Shown here: in pieces, positions 38,834-49,600 of the stretch | How positions within the stretch are numbered: the first letter of the stretch is position 1 | Layout of the letters: every line of letters starts with the position of its first letter | DNA from: Gammaproteobacteria bacterium | GTDB lineage: Bacteria; Pseudomonadota; Gammaproteobacteria; Competibacterales; Competibacteraceae | NCBI GenBank assembly: GCA_024235095.1 | Contig: JACKNC010000003.1 | Location: 228,904-292,903, forward strand | Length of the DNA: 64,000 nt | Direction: 5' to 3' | Program-made: the position numbers and the translations under genes | Notes under the pieces: model-generated | What the model was told of the DNA's origin: nothing | Database searches by the model: none | The model's input: only the letters and a program-made list of their open reading frames with translations

Positions 38834-39499
38834 ATGAAGTGGGAGGCTGTCTTGAACATCCTGGAAATCTGGCGGTATCCGGTCAAGACCTTGGCTGGTG
38901 AGAAGTTGTCCCGCGTGTGTCTTGGGCCGCTGGGTCTTGAAGGTGACCGTCTTGTGCATGTTGAAGATGTGAATGGGCGGGTGATGACTTCCCGTTCGCA
39001 TCCGCGCTTTCTGGGCCATCAAGGAACGTATGATTCGCGGGGTGTTATTCGCGTGGGGGGGCAACTGTGGGGGAGTCCAGAGGTCGCTGCGATGGTCGTG
39101 GATATTGCGGGGCTAGGTGCAAAGCTGGTGCGTGGTGAAGGTCCTGAGCGGTTTGATGTCTTACCTTTGCTCATTGCGACGGATGGCGCGATTGCCGCCT
39201 TTGGCTATGACGCGCGTCGTCTCCGGCCTAACTTGATCATTGGCGGTGTTGAAGGGTTGACTGAAAGTGAGTGGCCGGGCGCGCGCCTGCATATTGGCCC
39301 GGTCATTATTGGCGTTCAGAAGCGGCGGCTCCGCTGCATCATGACCTCTTATGATCCTGATACTCAGGTTCAGGATAAGGAAATTACGCGGAGTATCTAC
39401 CGGCGCTTTGAAGGTCAACTGGCACTTGATTGCTTTGTCATTGAGGGCGGTGAGATTGCTGTTGGCGATGCGGTACAGCTTGTGCGTGAATCGGCGTAG
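38834..39499 (+). CDS. MOSC domain protein
   Basis: 'ILEIWRYPVKTLAGEKL' and '...PNLIIGGVEGLTESEWPGARLHIGPVIIGVQKRRLRCIMTS' are typical of MOSC/YiiM-like proteins. Confidence 0.65.
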   Translation: MKWEAVLNILEIWRYPVKTLAGEKLSRVCLGPLGLEGDRLVHVEDVNGRVMTSRSHPRFLGHQGTYDSRGVIRVGGQLWGSPEVAAMVVDIAGLGAKLVRGEGPERFDVLPLLIATDGAIAAFGYDARRLRPNLIIGGVEGLTESEWPGARLHIGPVIIGVQKRRLRCIMTSYDPDTQVQDKEITRSIYRRFEGQLALDCFVIEGGEIAVGDAVQLVRESA

Positions 39500-39548
39500 G
39501 CTTGGTACTGAATCGTGTGTGTTCTTGAATCTATAGAGAAATGGATCG

Positions 39549-40106
39549 ATGACTGAACTTTATATCAGCACGGATGTTGAAACCGATGGCCCGATTCCTG
39601 GGCCGCATTCCTTATTGAGCCTGGGTTCAGCCGCCTATACCGCTGATAAGCAGCTTATCGCTACGTTTAGCGCCAACCTGGAAACCCTCCCTGGGGCCAC
39701 GGCGCATCCGAAAACAGCCGCTTGGTGGGCCACTCAGCCTGCGGCCTGGGATGCCTGTCGTCAGAATCTTGAACCGCCGGAGGTGGCTTTGCAGCGCTAT
39801 GTCCAGTGGCTGCGCGCCTTGCCAGGGCGTCCGGTGTTTGTAGCCTATCCAGCCGGCTTTGATTTCCTCTTTGTTTATTGGTATCTCATGCGATTTGTGG
39901 GCGAAAGTCCCTTTAGTCACTCGGCATTGGATATGAAATCCTTTGCGATGGCGCTCTTGAAAACCGATTATTGCAAAAGTACGAAGCGCCACATGCCCGC
40001 GCGCTGGTTCGATCCTTTGCCTCATACGCATATTGCCTTAGACGATGCCATTGAGCAGGGCGCGCTGTTCTGCAACATGCTGCATGAAAATCGGCACGGT
40101 GATTGA
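39549..40106 (+). CDS. DEDDh-type 3'-5' exonuclease
   Basis: Exo I 'STDVETDG', Exo II 'YPAGFDFLF', Exo III '[11 protein letters not shown]'. Confidence 0.7.
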   Translation: MTELYISTDVETDGPIPGPHSLLSLGSAAYTADKQLIATFSANLETLPGATAHPKTAAWWATQPAAWDACRQNLEPPEVALQRYVQWLRALPGRPVFVAYPAGFDFLFVYWYLMRFVGESPFSHSALDMKSFAMALLKTDYCKSTKRHMPARWFDPLPHTHIALDDAIEQGALFCNMLHENRHGD

Positions 40107-40271
40107 GCCCCATTGTTGATTGGGGCTATAGGAAAAAGAAAGGTTTGGGGTCGGGATGTGGTAATTGTAGAAAGGACCTCCTCTCTCTTGGGGCGAATTG
40201 GATATAGAACTTGTCTAAATGGATATAATTGGATATTGCTAGGTCATCATGGATAGAAAAATGGCCTTAAA

Positions 40272-41318
40272 ATGAAGACTTCTTCCCTTAAAATTACCCC
40301 TGAAATGCTTCGGTTAATTGCCGAAGTTGATGAATTCAAAGGCTCTTGGCGGGCGATGGTGGCCTTGGCTCCTGAGCGGCTGGCGGTGCTTAGGCGGGTG
40401 GCCACGATAGAAAGTATTGGCTCTTCCACGCGCATTGAGGGCGCGAAACTCTCAGATCGAGAGGTGGAAGCGCTCCTGGGACGGCTGGAGCAGACGGCCT
40501 TTGAAAGTCGGGATGAACAAGAAGTGGCCGGTTATGCTGAAGTTATGGACGCTATTTTTGAGAACTATGCCGCGATTCCCCTGACGGAGAACTACGTCAA
40601 GCAGCTTCATTCCCTTCTTCTGCGCCATGCCGTAAAAGATGAGCGGCATCGAGGGGAATATAAGAAACTCCCCAACCATGTTGAAGCCTTTGGGCCAAAC
40701 GGTGAAACCTTGGGGGTCATCTTTGCTACGGCCTCTCCCTTTGATACGCCTATGCGAATGCAGGAGCTATTGGTCTGGACGCGGGAAAGTCTGGAGGATG
40801 GTAGTCTTCATCCCCTGGTGGTGATTGGCCTTTTCATCGTGGAATTTTTGGCGATTCACCCTTTTCAAGATGGGAATGGGCGTCTGTCGCGGGTGTTGAC
40901 GACCCTGCTCTTACTTCGCTCCGGCTATGCCTATGTGCCCTTTAGCTCCCTGGAAAGCCTGGTGGAACACAGTAAGGACGGGTATTACCTGGCACTCCGG
41001 CGAACTCAAGGAACCCTAGAGCATGAATTCCCCGACTGGGAACCGTGGTTGCTGTTCTTCCTGCGCTTGCTCAAGCAGCAAAAGGACCGGTTAGCCGCCA
41101 AGATTGCGCATGAAGAGCGCTTAGAGGGTTTACATCCCGATGCGCTAGCGATTCTGGAACAGGTTCGGGCAACTGGGCGCATTACCACGAGTCAAGCTGA
41201 AAAACTCACCGGTGCACCTCGACCTACGGTCAAGGTGCGACTGGGTGAACTGGTCAAACGGGGGTTACTGATGCGACATGGACAGGGTAGGGGATCGTGG
41301 TATGGGTTAGCAGTTTAG
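40272..41318 (+). CDS. Fic-family protein with a C-terminal winged-helix domain
   Basis: Fic motif 'HPFQDGNGRLSR'. The C-terminal 'ITTSQAEKLTGAPRPTVKVRLGELVKRGLL' is HTH-like. Confidence 0.85.
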   Translation: MKTSSLKITPEMLRLIAEVDEFKGSWRAMVALAPERLAVLRRVATIESIGSSTRIEGAKLSDREVEALLGRLEQTAFESRDEQEVAGYAEVMDAIFENYAAIPLTENYVKQLHSLLLRHAVKDERHRGEYKKLPNHVEAFGPNGETLGVIFATASPFDTPMRMQELLVWTRESLEDGSLHPLVVIGLFIVEFLAIHPFQDGNGRLSRVLTTLLLLRSGYAYVPFSSLESLVEHSKDGYYLALRRTQGTLEHEFPDWEPWLLFFLRLLKQQKDRLAAKIAHEERLEGLHPDALAILEQVRATGRITTSQAEKLTGAPRPTVKVRLGELVKRGLLMRHGQGRGSWYGLAV

Positions 41319-41479
41319 CAGGGATCGCCATAATTTTGGTTTTTTACTAAGTAATAACAATCAGCTAACTTGGGAGACTGACTTTCTACGTGTGGAATAA
41401 TTTGCTAGTTGTTCAGGGAGTGTATCTTAATTTTTCTGCACGAACATAATCAGCTACACTTAATAAAAATAGTGCTCAA

Positions 41480-44400
41480 ATGGAGCCAGGAATGTCACAA
41501 GGAAAGATTAAAGCGGGGATGACGGTGAGTGGTTCGCTTCTCCCAGAACCCATTGAGGTGTTGGCCCTGGTGCCGATGGGTACGTCGCTGAAGGTGATTG
41601 GACGGGGTACCAAGACGGGGATGACCCATACCCCGATCTTTAGCGAAGAGCAACTGAATCAATTAATTCTTTCAGCAGAACAAGAGCCTTTTGACGGGGA
41701 TGCCGCCTTGTTTCGGCTCGGGGTTGAAGCACATCGTCTCGGCCTGGCCTATGAATACGATCCCTATTTTTCGCTCTCCATTGCGCGGGTTGATCCGCTG
41801 CCTCATCAATTAGAAGCCGTTTACGACTATTTCATCCGACTGCCTCGAATTCGTTTCCTACTGGCGGATGACCCCGGCGCGGGTAAGACCATCATGGCGG
41901 GTCTGCTCCTCAAGGAATTGAAAGCGCGGGGTCTAGTGCAGCGGACCCTCATTGTGACCCCGGCCAATCTGACCTTTCAATGGCAGCGCGAACTGAAAGA
42001 CAAGTTTCGCGAGAACTTTGAAATTGTGCGGGGGGATGTCCTCCGGGCCAACTACGGCCAAAACCCCTGGCAGGAAAAATCGCAAGTGGTGACCTCTATT
42101 TCCTGGGTCTCTACGCGAGAAGATGCGAAAGCTAGTCTGCTCCGCTCTCATTGGGATCTCATCATTGTGGATGAGGCCCACAAGATGAGCGCCTATGCCA
42201 ATGATCGGAAAACCTTGGCCTACCAGTTAGGCGAAAAACTCGCGGAGATGACCGATCACTACCTGTTGATGACTGCCACGCCACATAAGGGGGACCCGGA
42301 AAACTTTTGCCGCTTTTTGGCCCTGCTGGACCGTGATGTGTACGGCAACATCCAAAGCCTGCAAAAAGCGATGCGAGAACATGAAGCCCCGTTCTACCTG
42401 CGCCGCACCAAGGAAGCCCTGGTGGGTTTTCCTGACCCGGAAACTGGCGCGGTGCATCGGCTCTTTACCAAACGGGTGGTGCATACAGCGGAATTCGAGC
42501 TGGATGGAGAGGAACTGGAGTTTTATGACCAGTTGACCGCCTACGTGGAAGATCAGTCGATGCGCGCGGCGCAAGATGACTCGCCAAGGGGTCGGGCGGT
42601 CGGCTTCACGATGGCGATGCTGCAACGGCGTATGGCTTCAACCCTTTATGCCGCGCGCCGGACCCTGGAGCGCATGAAAGAGCGACGGGAAAAGATTCTG
42701 GCAGACCCAGACGCCTACCGTCAGGAGCAAATCACCAAGCGTTTGCCCGATGATTTCGAGGATCTCACCGAAGAAGAACAACAAGAGATCGTGGCAGCAC
42801 TGGAAGATGTGGTGGCCTCGGTCGATCCCACTATCCTCCGAGAAGAAATTGCCCGTTTGACCCAGTTGATTGATCAGGCTCGCCCCTTAGAGAAGCGCGA
42901 GATTGAATCCAAGCTCACCAAACTGAAGCAAGTCTTGAACGAGCAAGGGTTCTTTGCCGATCCGAGTAAGAAACTCCTCATTTTTACTGAACACAAAGAT
43001 TCCCTCGATTACCTCGCCGGAGATGGCAAGGAAAACCGGCCTTATGGCAAGTTGCTGGAATGGGGTCTGACCGTGACGCAAATTCACGGGGGGATGAAGA
43101 TCGGGGATCGTGATACGCCGGGATCGCGCATTTATGCCGAACGCGAATTTCGGGAACAGGCCCAGATTCTGGTAGCGACGGAAGCGGCGGGCGAAGGCAT
43201 CAACCTGCAATTCTGCTCGCGGATGATTAATTATGACATTCCCTGGAACCCGATTCGCCTGGAACAGCGCGTGGGGCGAATTCACCGTTACGGCCAAGAG
43301 TACGATTGTCTGATTTTCAACTTTGTTGCCAAAAACACCCGCGAAGGTCGCGTTCTGCAAATGCTCCTGGAACGTCTCAAGGAAATCCGTCGAGAATTGG
43401 GCACGGATCAGGTTTTTGATGTCGTTGGCGAAGTTTTTCCGGCCAATTTACTGGATAAATTGTTTCGCGATTTGTATGCGCGGCGCACCAATGAAAGTGC
43501 GGTCACCGATCGCATTGTGCGAGATGTTGATCCGAAACGCTTCCGGGCGATTACCGAATCGGCACTGGAGGGGCTGGCCAAGAAAGACCTCAATCTCTCG
43601 GCGATTGTGGGCCGCTCGGTGGAAGCGCGTGAGCGCCGCCTGGTGCCCGAAGCCATTGAACAATTTTTTGTGCAAGCCGGGCCGGTGGTCGGGATGCGGT
43701 CCAAGCCGACAGCGGCAGAAAGCCACATCTACCGGATTGGCAAGGTGCCCCGGTTCCTGGTTCAGCGCGGCGATGCTCTGGAACCGCGCTTTGGTCGCTT
43801 GGGGCGGGAGTACAAGCTGATTAGCTTTGATAAGGCGCTGCTCAAGCGCGATCCGACCTTGGAATGGGTTACACCTGGTCACCCGCTCTTTGAAGTGGTG
43901 CGGGAAGCGTCCTTGGAGCAAGTGGAAGGCCACTTAAAGCGTGGCGCGGTGTTTTTCGATATTCAACGCCGGGAACCCGGTTTCCTCGACCTGTTTGCCG
44001 CTTCCATCAAGGATGGGCGCGGGAATACCCTCCATCGCCGGTTATTTGTCATGGAAACGGAACAAAGCGGGTCGATGGCGATCCGGCAACCCACCGTATT
44101 TCTCGACATTAACCCGGCCCCGGCGGAAACCTCGGTGCTGGAACCCGAGACGGTCCCGGCCCGGAGTCTGGCGGAAGGCTATCTCTATGAGCACGCGCTC
44201 AAACCCTGGCTGGAGGACAACGCCACAGAGCGGGCGCGTGAAATAGTCCGAGTTGCCCAGCATGTGGAAATCAGCCTGCACGCCTTAATTGACCGCCAGA
44301 ACGAACAACTGGCCGATTACCTTAACCGGCAAATCGAAGGGCAAACCGGCTTGGAGGGGATTATCGCCCAAGCGGAACAACATCTGGATGACTTGAACAA

Positions 44401-44917
44401 CCGTCTGGAAACCCGGCGCAAGGAACTGGAGATGGAACGCCACTGCACGGTAGCGGACATTGTTCACCTGGGCCGGGCGCGGGTGATCCCTCACCCGGAA
44501 CGGCAAAGCCCACAAATTGCGCCGATGGTGCGGGATGACGAAGTCGAGCGGATTGCCGTCGATACCGTCCGGGCCTATGAGGAAGCGCGGGGCTGCGTGG
44601 TAGAAAGCGTGGAAGCCGACAATCGGGGCTTTGATCTCATCTCGCGCAAACCGCATCCCGAAGATCCCAAGAGCTTTATCGAAGTGCGTTTCATTGAAGT
44701 CAAAGGCCGGGCCGGAGTCGGGGAGATCTTCCTCAGCGCCAATGAATATCGGGCGGCGGAACGATTAAAAGGCGATTACTGGCTTTATGCGGTGTTCAAC
44801 TGTGTTTCCAAGCCCGAACTCCATCCCTATCAAAACCCGGCGCAACTCGACTGGCAACCGGTGACCAAGGTAGAGCATTACAAGATTAAGCCTGATTCAG
44901 TACTGGGGGTTCGATGA
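41480..44917 (+). CDS. SNF2/RAD54-family helicase fused to a C-terminal DUF3883 (restriction-endonuclease-like) domain
   Basis: 'LLADDPGAGKTIMAG' (motif I), 'IIVDEAHKMSA' (DEAH), 'ATEAAGEGINLQ', 'WNPIRLEQRVGRIHRYGQ' (motif VI). C-terminal 'GFDLISRK...IEVKGRAG...FLSANEYRAAERLKGDYWLYAVFNC'. Confidence 0.85.
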   Translation: MEPGMSQGKIKAGMTVSGSLLPEPIEVLALVPMGTSLKVIGRGTKTGMTHTPIFSEEQLNQLILSAEQEPFDGDAALFRLGVEAHRLGLAYEYDPYFSLSIARVDPLPHQLEAVYDYFIRLPRIRFLLADDPGAGKTIMAGLLLKELKARGLVQRTLIVTPANLTFQWQRELKDKFRENFEIVRGDVLRANYGQNPWQEKSQVVTSISWVSTREDAKASLLRSHWDLIIVDEAHKMSAYANDRKTLAYQLGEKLAEMTDHYLLMTATPHKGDPENFCRFLALLDRDVYGNIQSLQKAMREHEAPFYLRRTKEALVGFPDPETGAVHRLFTKRVVHTAEFELDGEELEFYDQLTAYVEDQSMRAAQDDSPRGRAVGFTMAMLQRRMASTLYAARRTLERMKERREKILADPDAYRQEQITKRLPDDFEDLTEEEQQEIVAALEDVVASVDPTILREEIARLTQLIDQARPLEKREIESKLTKLKQVLNEQGFFADPSKKLLIFTEHKDSLDYLAGDGKENRPYGKLLEWGLTVTQIHGGMKIGDRDTPGSRIYAEREFREQAQILVATEAAGEGINLQFCSRMINYDIPWNPIRLEQRVGRIHRYGQEYDCLIFNFVAKNTREGRVLQMLLERLKEIRRELGTDQVFDVVGEVFPANLLDKLFRDLYARRTNESAVTDRIVRDVDPKRFRAITESALEGLAKKDLNLSAIVGRSVEARERRLVPEAIEQFFVQAGPVVGMRSKPTAAESHIYRIGKVPRFLVQRGDALEPRFGRLGREYKLISFDKALLKRDPTLEWVTPGHPLFEVVREASLEQVEGHLKRGAVFFDIQRREPGFLDLFAASIKDGRGNTLHRRLFVMETEQSGSMAIRQPTVFLDINPAPAETSVLEPETVPARSLAEGYLYEHALKPWLEDNATERAREIVRVAQHVEISLHALIDRQNEQLADYLNRQIEGQTGLEGIIAQAEQHLDDLNNRLETRRKELEMERHCTVADIVHLGRARVIPHPERQSPQIAPMVRDDEVERIAVDTVRAYEEARGCVVESVEADNRGFDLISRKPHPEDPKSFIEVRFIEVKGRAGVGEIFLSANEYRAAERLKGDYWLYAVFNCVSKPELHPYQNPAQLDWQPVTKVEHYKIKPDSVLGVR

Positions 44918-46602
44918 TGGATATCGAAACCCTCAAGATACAGCTTGCTCTTGGTGAATCCGTCGAACGGGAATTCAAGTCTGATCGCCGACAGATCTCC
45001 GACAAGGAGATTTATGAAGAAGTGACCGCTATGGCCAATGCTTCCGGGGGAGTGCTGTTCATCGGTGTGGAAGATAATGGAATGGTATCAGGTGCAAAGC
45101 CCCGTCATGGGAAAATGACTGATGCTGTTAAGATGCAAGCGGCCATTTTTAACAATACCGTTCCCAGCATTAACACGCGAATCTCCTTGATTGCGCATCC
45201 CGATGGTCAGGTTATTGCTATCTCAGTTGATCCTTATCCAGAACCCTGTGCTACGACAACGGGCAAGTCGCTGCGGCGTACCCTTGGGGGTGATGGTAAA
45301 CCGCAAACCGTGGCCTACTATCCCCGCGACCATCGTTCCCGGCGCGTAGATTTGGGGCTTCTTGACTTTTCCGCTCAACCCATCCAAGGAACTGGTCTCT
45401 CTGACCTCGATCCTTTGGAATTTGAGCGGTTGCGGCAAACGATTACCCGTCTTCGGGGAGATCGTAGCTTGCTGGACCTCTCTGATGAAGATTTGGCCAA
45501 GGCGCTGAGATTGGTGGAAACCCAAGAAATCGGCCTTGTGCCTAACGTTGCTGGCCTGCTGCTGCTCGGTAGAGAAAAAGTGCTACGCGATGTCTTACCT
45601 ACCCATGAAGCACATTTTCAAGTTCTCGATAGCCAGCAACAAGTGAGAGTAAACGATACCTTTCATGGGCCATTGCTTCAAACCTTGGAGCATATAGAAG
45701 CTCGCTTTACCGCTCGAAACAACGAACAAGAGGTTGCAGTGGGCCTGTTTCGCCTGCCTGTGCCGGACTATTCCCTAATGGGCTTTCGGGAAGCTGTCAA
45801 CAATGCAGTGCTGCATCGAGACTTCAGTCAAATGCAAGCCGTGTATGTGCAGTGGCAACCCGACCATCTGCTGATTACCAATCCTGGTAGTCTCCCGTCT
45901 GGCGTGACCTTGGAAAACCTACTGGTCCATGAACCAAAGCCGCGTAATCCTCGTTTAGCAGAAGCATTTAAACGGATTGGCTTAGTGGAGCAGACGGGGC
46001 GTGGGGTAGACAAAATATTCCTAGGGCAACTGCAATACGGTCGTCCCGCACCGGACTACTCGCGTAGCGATGCCTACGGTGTGCGAGTGATTTTGCGTGG
46101 AGGGGAAGCCTCCCTTCAATTTGCAGCCTTTGTATTTGAGCAGGATAAACAAGGCCATCCTCTGACTTTGGACGATCTGCTCGTGCTGAACACGCTCTTT
46201 TTTGAGCGACAGATTGACTCGGAAACTGCCGCTAGGTTGCTCCAGAAAGAGAGTGCCAATGCGCGAGCTACTTTGGAGAGGTTGCACGAACGCGGTTTAA
46301 TTGAGCGACGGGGCAACAAGCGAGCGACTTCTTACCACCTCTCAGCCGCACTTTACCAGCGCTTTGATATGAAAGCGGAATATATTCGTGCTAAAGGATT
46401 TGGGCCAATTCAGCACGAACAGATGGTGCTCGAATATGCGCGCCAACATGGGGAGATTTCGCGCAAAAAAGCGGCTGAATTATGTCAACTTAATGTTCAT
46501 CAAGCGAGTCGGGTATTGCAACGTGTTAGCAGTAAAAATAAAGAATTGCAGTTAGTTGGAAATGGAAGGGGCGCTCGGTATGTCTGGAAACACCACAAAT
46601 AA
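44914..46602 (+). CDS. AlbA_2 (Schlafen-like divergent AAA) domain protein with C-terminal HTH domains (COG2865-type)
   Basis: 'ESVEREFKSD...EEVTAMANASGGVLFIGVEDNG' is the AlbA_2 N-terminus. 'NAVLHRDF' and 'GRGVDKIF' come later. The ATG overlaps the helicase stop (ATGA). Confidence 0.7.
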   Translation: MMDIETLKIQLALGESVEREFKSDRRQISDKEIYEEVTAMANASGGVLFIGVEDNGMVSGAKPRHGKMTDAVKMQAAIFNNTVPSINTRISLIAHPDGQVIAISVDPYPEPCATTTGKSLRRTLGGDGKPQTVAYYPRDHRSRRVDLGLLDFSAQPIQGTGLSDLDPLEFERLRQTITRLRGDRSLLDLSDEDLAKALRLVETQEIGLVPNVAGLLLLGREKVLRDVLPTHEAHFQVLDSQQQVRVNDTFHGPLLQTLEHIEARFTARNNEQEVAVGLFRLPVPDYSLMGFREAVNNAVLHRDFSQMQAVYVQWQPDHLLITNPGSLPSGVTLENLLVHEPKPRNPRLAEAFKRIGLVEQTGRGVDKIFLGQLQYGRPAPDYSRSDAYGVRVILRGGEASLQFAAFVFEQDKQGHPLTLDDLLVLNTLFFERQIDSETAARLLQKESANARATLERLHERGLIERRGNKRATSYHLSAALYQRFDMKAEYIRAKGFGPIQHEQMVLEYARQHGEISRKKAAELCQLNVHQASRVLQRVSSKNKELQLVGNGRGARYVWKHHK

Positions 46603-46683
46603 ACGCACGCGCTCGTTTGTATTTATTGTAGAAACGCGCGCGCTCGTTTATGCGCTCGTTTCCCAAATATCAGTGAGATCAGT

Positions 46684-49600
46684 ATGGATACTTTAGCCTA
46701 CCCCAAGCGCTTGATAGAAGTGGATTTGCCGATAGCAAGAATTTCGGCCCATGCGCGGCGGGAGAAATCCATTCGACATGGCCATATTTCGACCTTGCAT
46801 ATCTGGTGGGCCAGACGGCCACTGGCGGCCTGTCGGGCGGTGATCTGCGCCTCGCTCTGGCCTGATCCGGTGGATTTGAGCACCTGGGCTAAGCGGGGTG
46901 ATGAGGTTCCGGTAGGGGATGGTTCGGTGATAATCCGGCCTAGGCGGTTTTTGGATACCGCGCGGGAGCGGATGCTGGCCTGGGGAAAAGAACATCTTGG
47001 CAAGGTCAGTCGAGAGTCCTCCTCGCGCTTTATTGCCATTCAGAAGGGCAATAATATCCTTGCTGATCCCTGGGATTTGCAAAGAACGTTGCTGGATTTC
47101 ATCGCTGACTTTGCCAACTGGGATAATTCGACGGACAAGGATTACCTGGAAACCGCCCGCGTATTGACCCAAGCCGCGCATGAAGCCCTGGGCGGGGAAC
47201 TGGAGACGCGCCCGCTGGTGGTCGATCCGTTTGCTGGCGGTGGTTCGATTCCGCTGGAAGCCTTGCGCGTCGGGGCGGATGCCTTCGCTTCGGATTTGAA
47301 TCCGATCCCAGTATTGCTGAACAAGGTGGTGCTGGAATACATCCCGAAGTATGGCCAACGGCTTGCCGATGAAGTCCGCAAGTGGGGGGCCTGGATCAAG
47401 CAGGAAGCGGAGAAAGAGCTTGCGGAGTTTTACCCGAAAGACCCGGATGGAGCCACGCCAATTGCCTATCTTTGGGCGCGAACCATTCAGTGTGAAGGGC
47501 CGGGGTGTGGGGCGGAAGTGCCGTTGATGCGGTCGCTCTGGTTGGCGAAAAAGGGCAAACGTTCGGTGGCGTTGCGCATCGTCCCCAAACCTCAAGAAAA
47601 GCGGGTTGACTTTGAAATTATCGAGAATGCTAAAACCGGTGAAGAAAGACTGGGAACGGTCAAGCGTGGGTCGGCAACGTGTCCTTGCTGTGGATATACA
47701 ACGCCGGTGGCAAATGTTCGGAAGCAATTTAGGGCTAGGTGCGGCGGCACTAATGATGCACGTTTTTTGTGTGTAATATCTACTAAAAAGGGTGAACAAG
47801 GGCGTTTCTATAGAGTTCCCAATTCAAAGGATGAATCTGCTGCCTTTGGTGCTAAAGCTGAGTTAGAACGAATTAAAAATAAGCATAAAGGAACAATAAG
47901 TCTATTACCTGATGAAAAGATTGATATCCGAGGTATACGTCATACTTGGGCTATGATTTATGGTATCAATAATTGGAGTCATTGCTTCACTTCTCGACAA
48001 GCACTTGTGTTAGTAAAACTTTTTGATTTATCTGCTGCATATGAAAGATTAACAAATAATGAAAAACAAGAAACCCTATTGAAAGCAGCACAAACATGTA
48101 TAGCCCTTATTATTGATAAATTAGCACAATATAATTCGTCAATGTGCCGATGGAAAGCTAGTGGAGAGAATATTGTTGATACTTTTGGTCGGCAAGCGTT
48201 ACCAATGGTTTGGGATTTTGCTGAAGCAAACCCATTTGCTGGTGCCAGCGGTGATTTTTTAAATTTACTTGATTGGCATACAAATGCACTTGTCATTACT
48301 TCAAGCGCTATTCAAGGGCAAGTAGCATCTGTTGGTTCAACATCAGCAACCGTGCATCCGTATCCCGATGATTCTATAAGTGCATTTATAACAGATCCTC
48401 CATACTATGATTCAGTGCCTTACGCTTATCTTTCTGATTTTTTTTATGTTTGGCTTCGTAGAGCACTAAACCACATTTATACTCCAATAATGATGCATCC
48501 ACTTGTCCCAAAAGATGCTGAAATAGTTGTTGATAGACCCCATGAGCTAAGTAACTCAACGCATAATATAGCTTATTACGAGGGTGAACTAACTAAAGCT
48601 TTTAAAGAAGGCTGCCGCATAGTTCGCCATGATGGTATTGGTGTTATTGTCTTTGCCAGCAAAACAACTTCAAGTTGGGAAGCGATTTTGAAGGCGGTTG
48701 TGGATGCTGGTTGGACTATCACGGGTTCTTGGCCGATTGATACGGAAATGGAAACCCGCGTTGCCGCGCAAGGACAAGCGCGACTAGCGTCTTCTGTCCA
48801 TCTGATTGTTCGTCCACGATCTGAACAAAATATCGGCGATTGGCGCGATGTACTCACCGAACTTCCCCAGCGTATCCATGCTTGGATGCCGCGCCTCGCT
48901 GACGAAGGCGTGGTCGGCGCTGATGCAATTTTTGCCTGTCTCGGCCCCGCTCTCGAAGTGTTCAGCCGCTACAGCCGGGTAGAAAAATCCAGCGGGGAAG
49001 CGGTGACCCTCGGTGAATATCTCGAACACGTCTGGGCTGCCGTCTCCAAAGAAGCCCTCTCGATGATCTTCAAAGACCCGGATACGGCTGGCCTGGAACC
49101 GGATGCTCGGCTGACCGCCATGTGGCTTTGGACCTTGGGCGCAAATAACAGCGGTGCCGGTGCTGAGGAATCCGAACAATCTGAAGATGATGAGGCCGAT
49201 GAGGAATCCAGTAAAGCGCCGAAAGTAACCGGCTTTACCCTGGAATTCGATGCCGCCCGCAAGATTGCCCAAGGTCTTGGTGTCCATCTGGAAAAATCGC
49301 CCTCGGTCGTGGAAGTGAAAGGCGATAAAGCCAAGTTGCTCTCAGTTGCGGAACGGGTCAAGTATCTTTTCGGCAAGGAGGCGGAAACCGCTGTTACCGG
49401 CAAAACCCCGCGCAAGAAGAAAAAAGAACCTGTCCAGCAATCCCTGTTTGCCGAATTAGAAGCCGCCGAATCGGCTGCGGAAGCCGAATGGGGCGATGTG
49501 AAAGGCCCCAAACCCGGAACCACGGTCTTGGATCGCCTGCATCAAGCGATGGTGTTGTTTGCCGCTGGGCGTGGGGAAGCGATGAAACGCTTCATCGTGG

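Noticed and set aside
40124-40142. GGC(T/C)ATAGGAAAAAGAAAG occurs here and at 56545-56563, bracketing fic, the six-gene operon and the primase gene like att-type direct repeats
   Set aside because: It is a 19-mer with one mismatch and low complexity. In 64 kb, a match of this quality is roughly expected by chance. I kept it only as a hint, to be tested if empty-site genomes are found.
46693-47799. 368-aa minus-strand ORF inside the DUF1156 methylase gene
   Set aside because: It is an antisense shadow. The plus frame has DUF1156, motif I and Zn-ribbon signatures.
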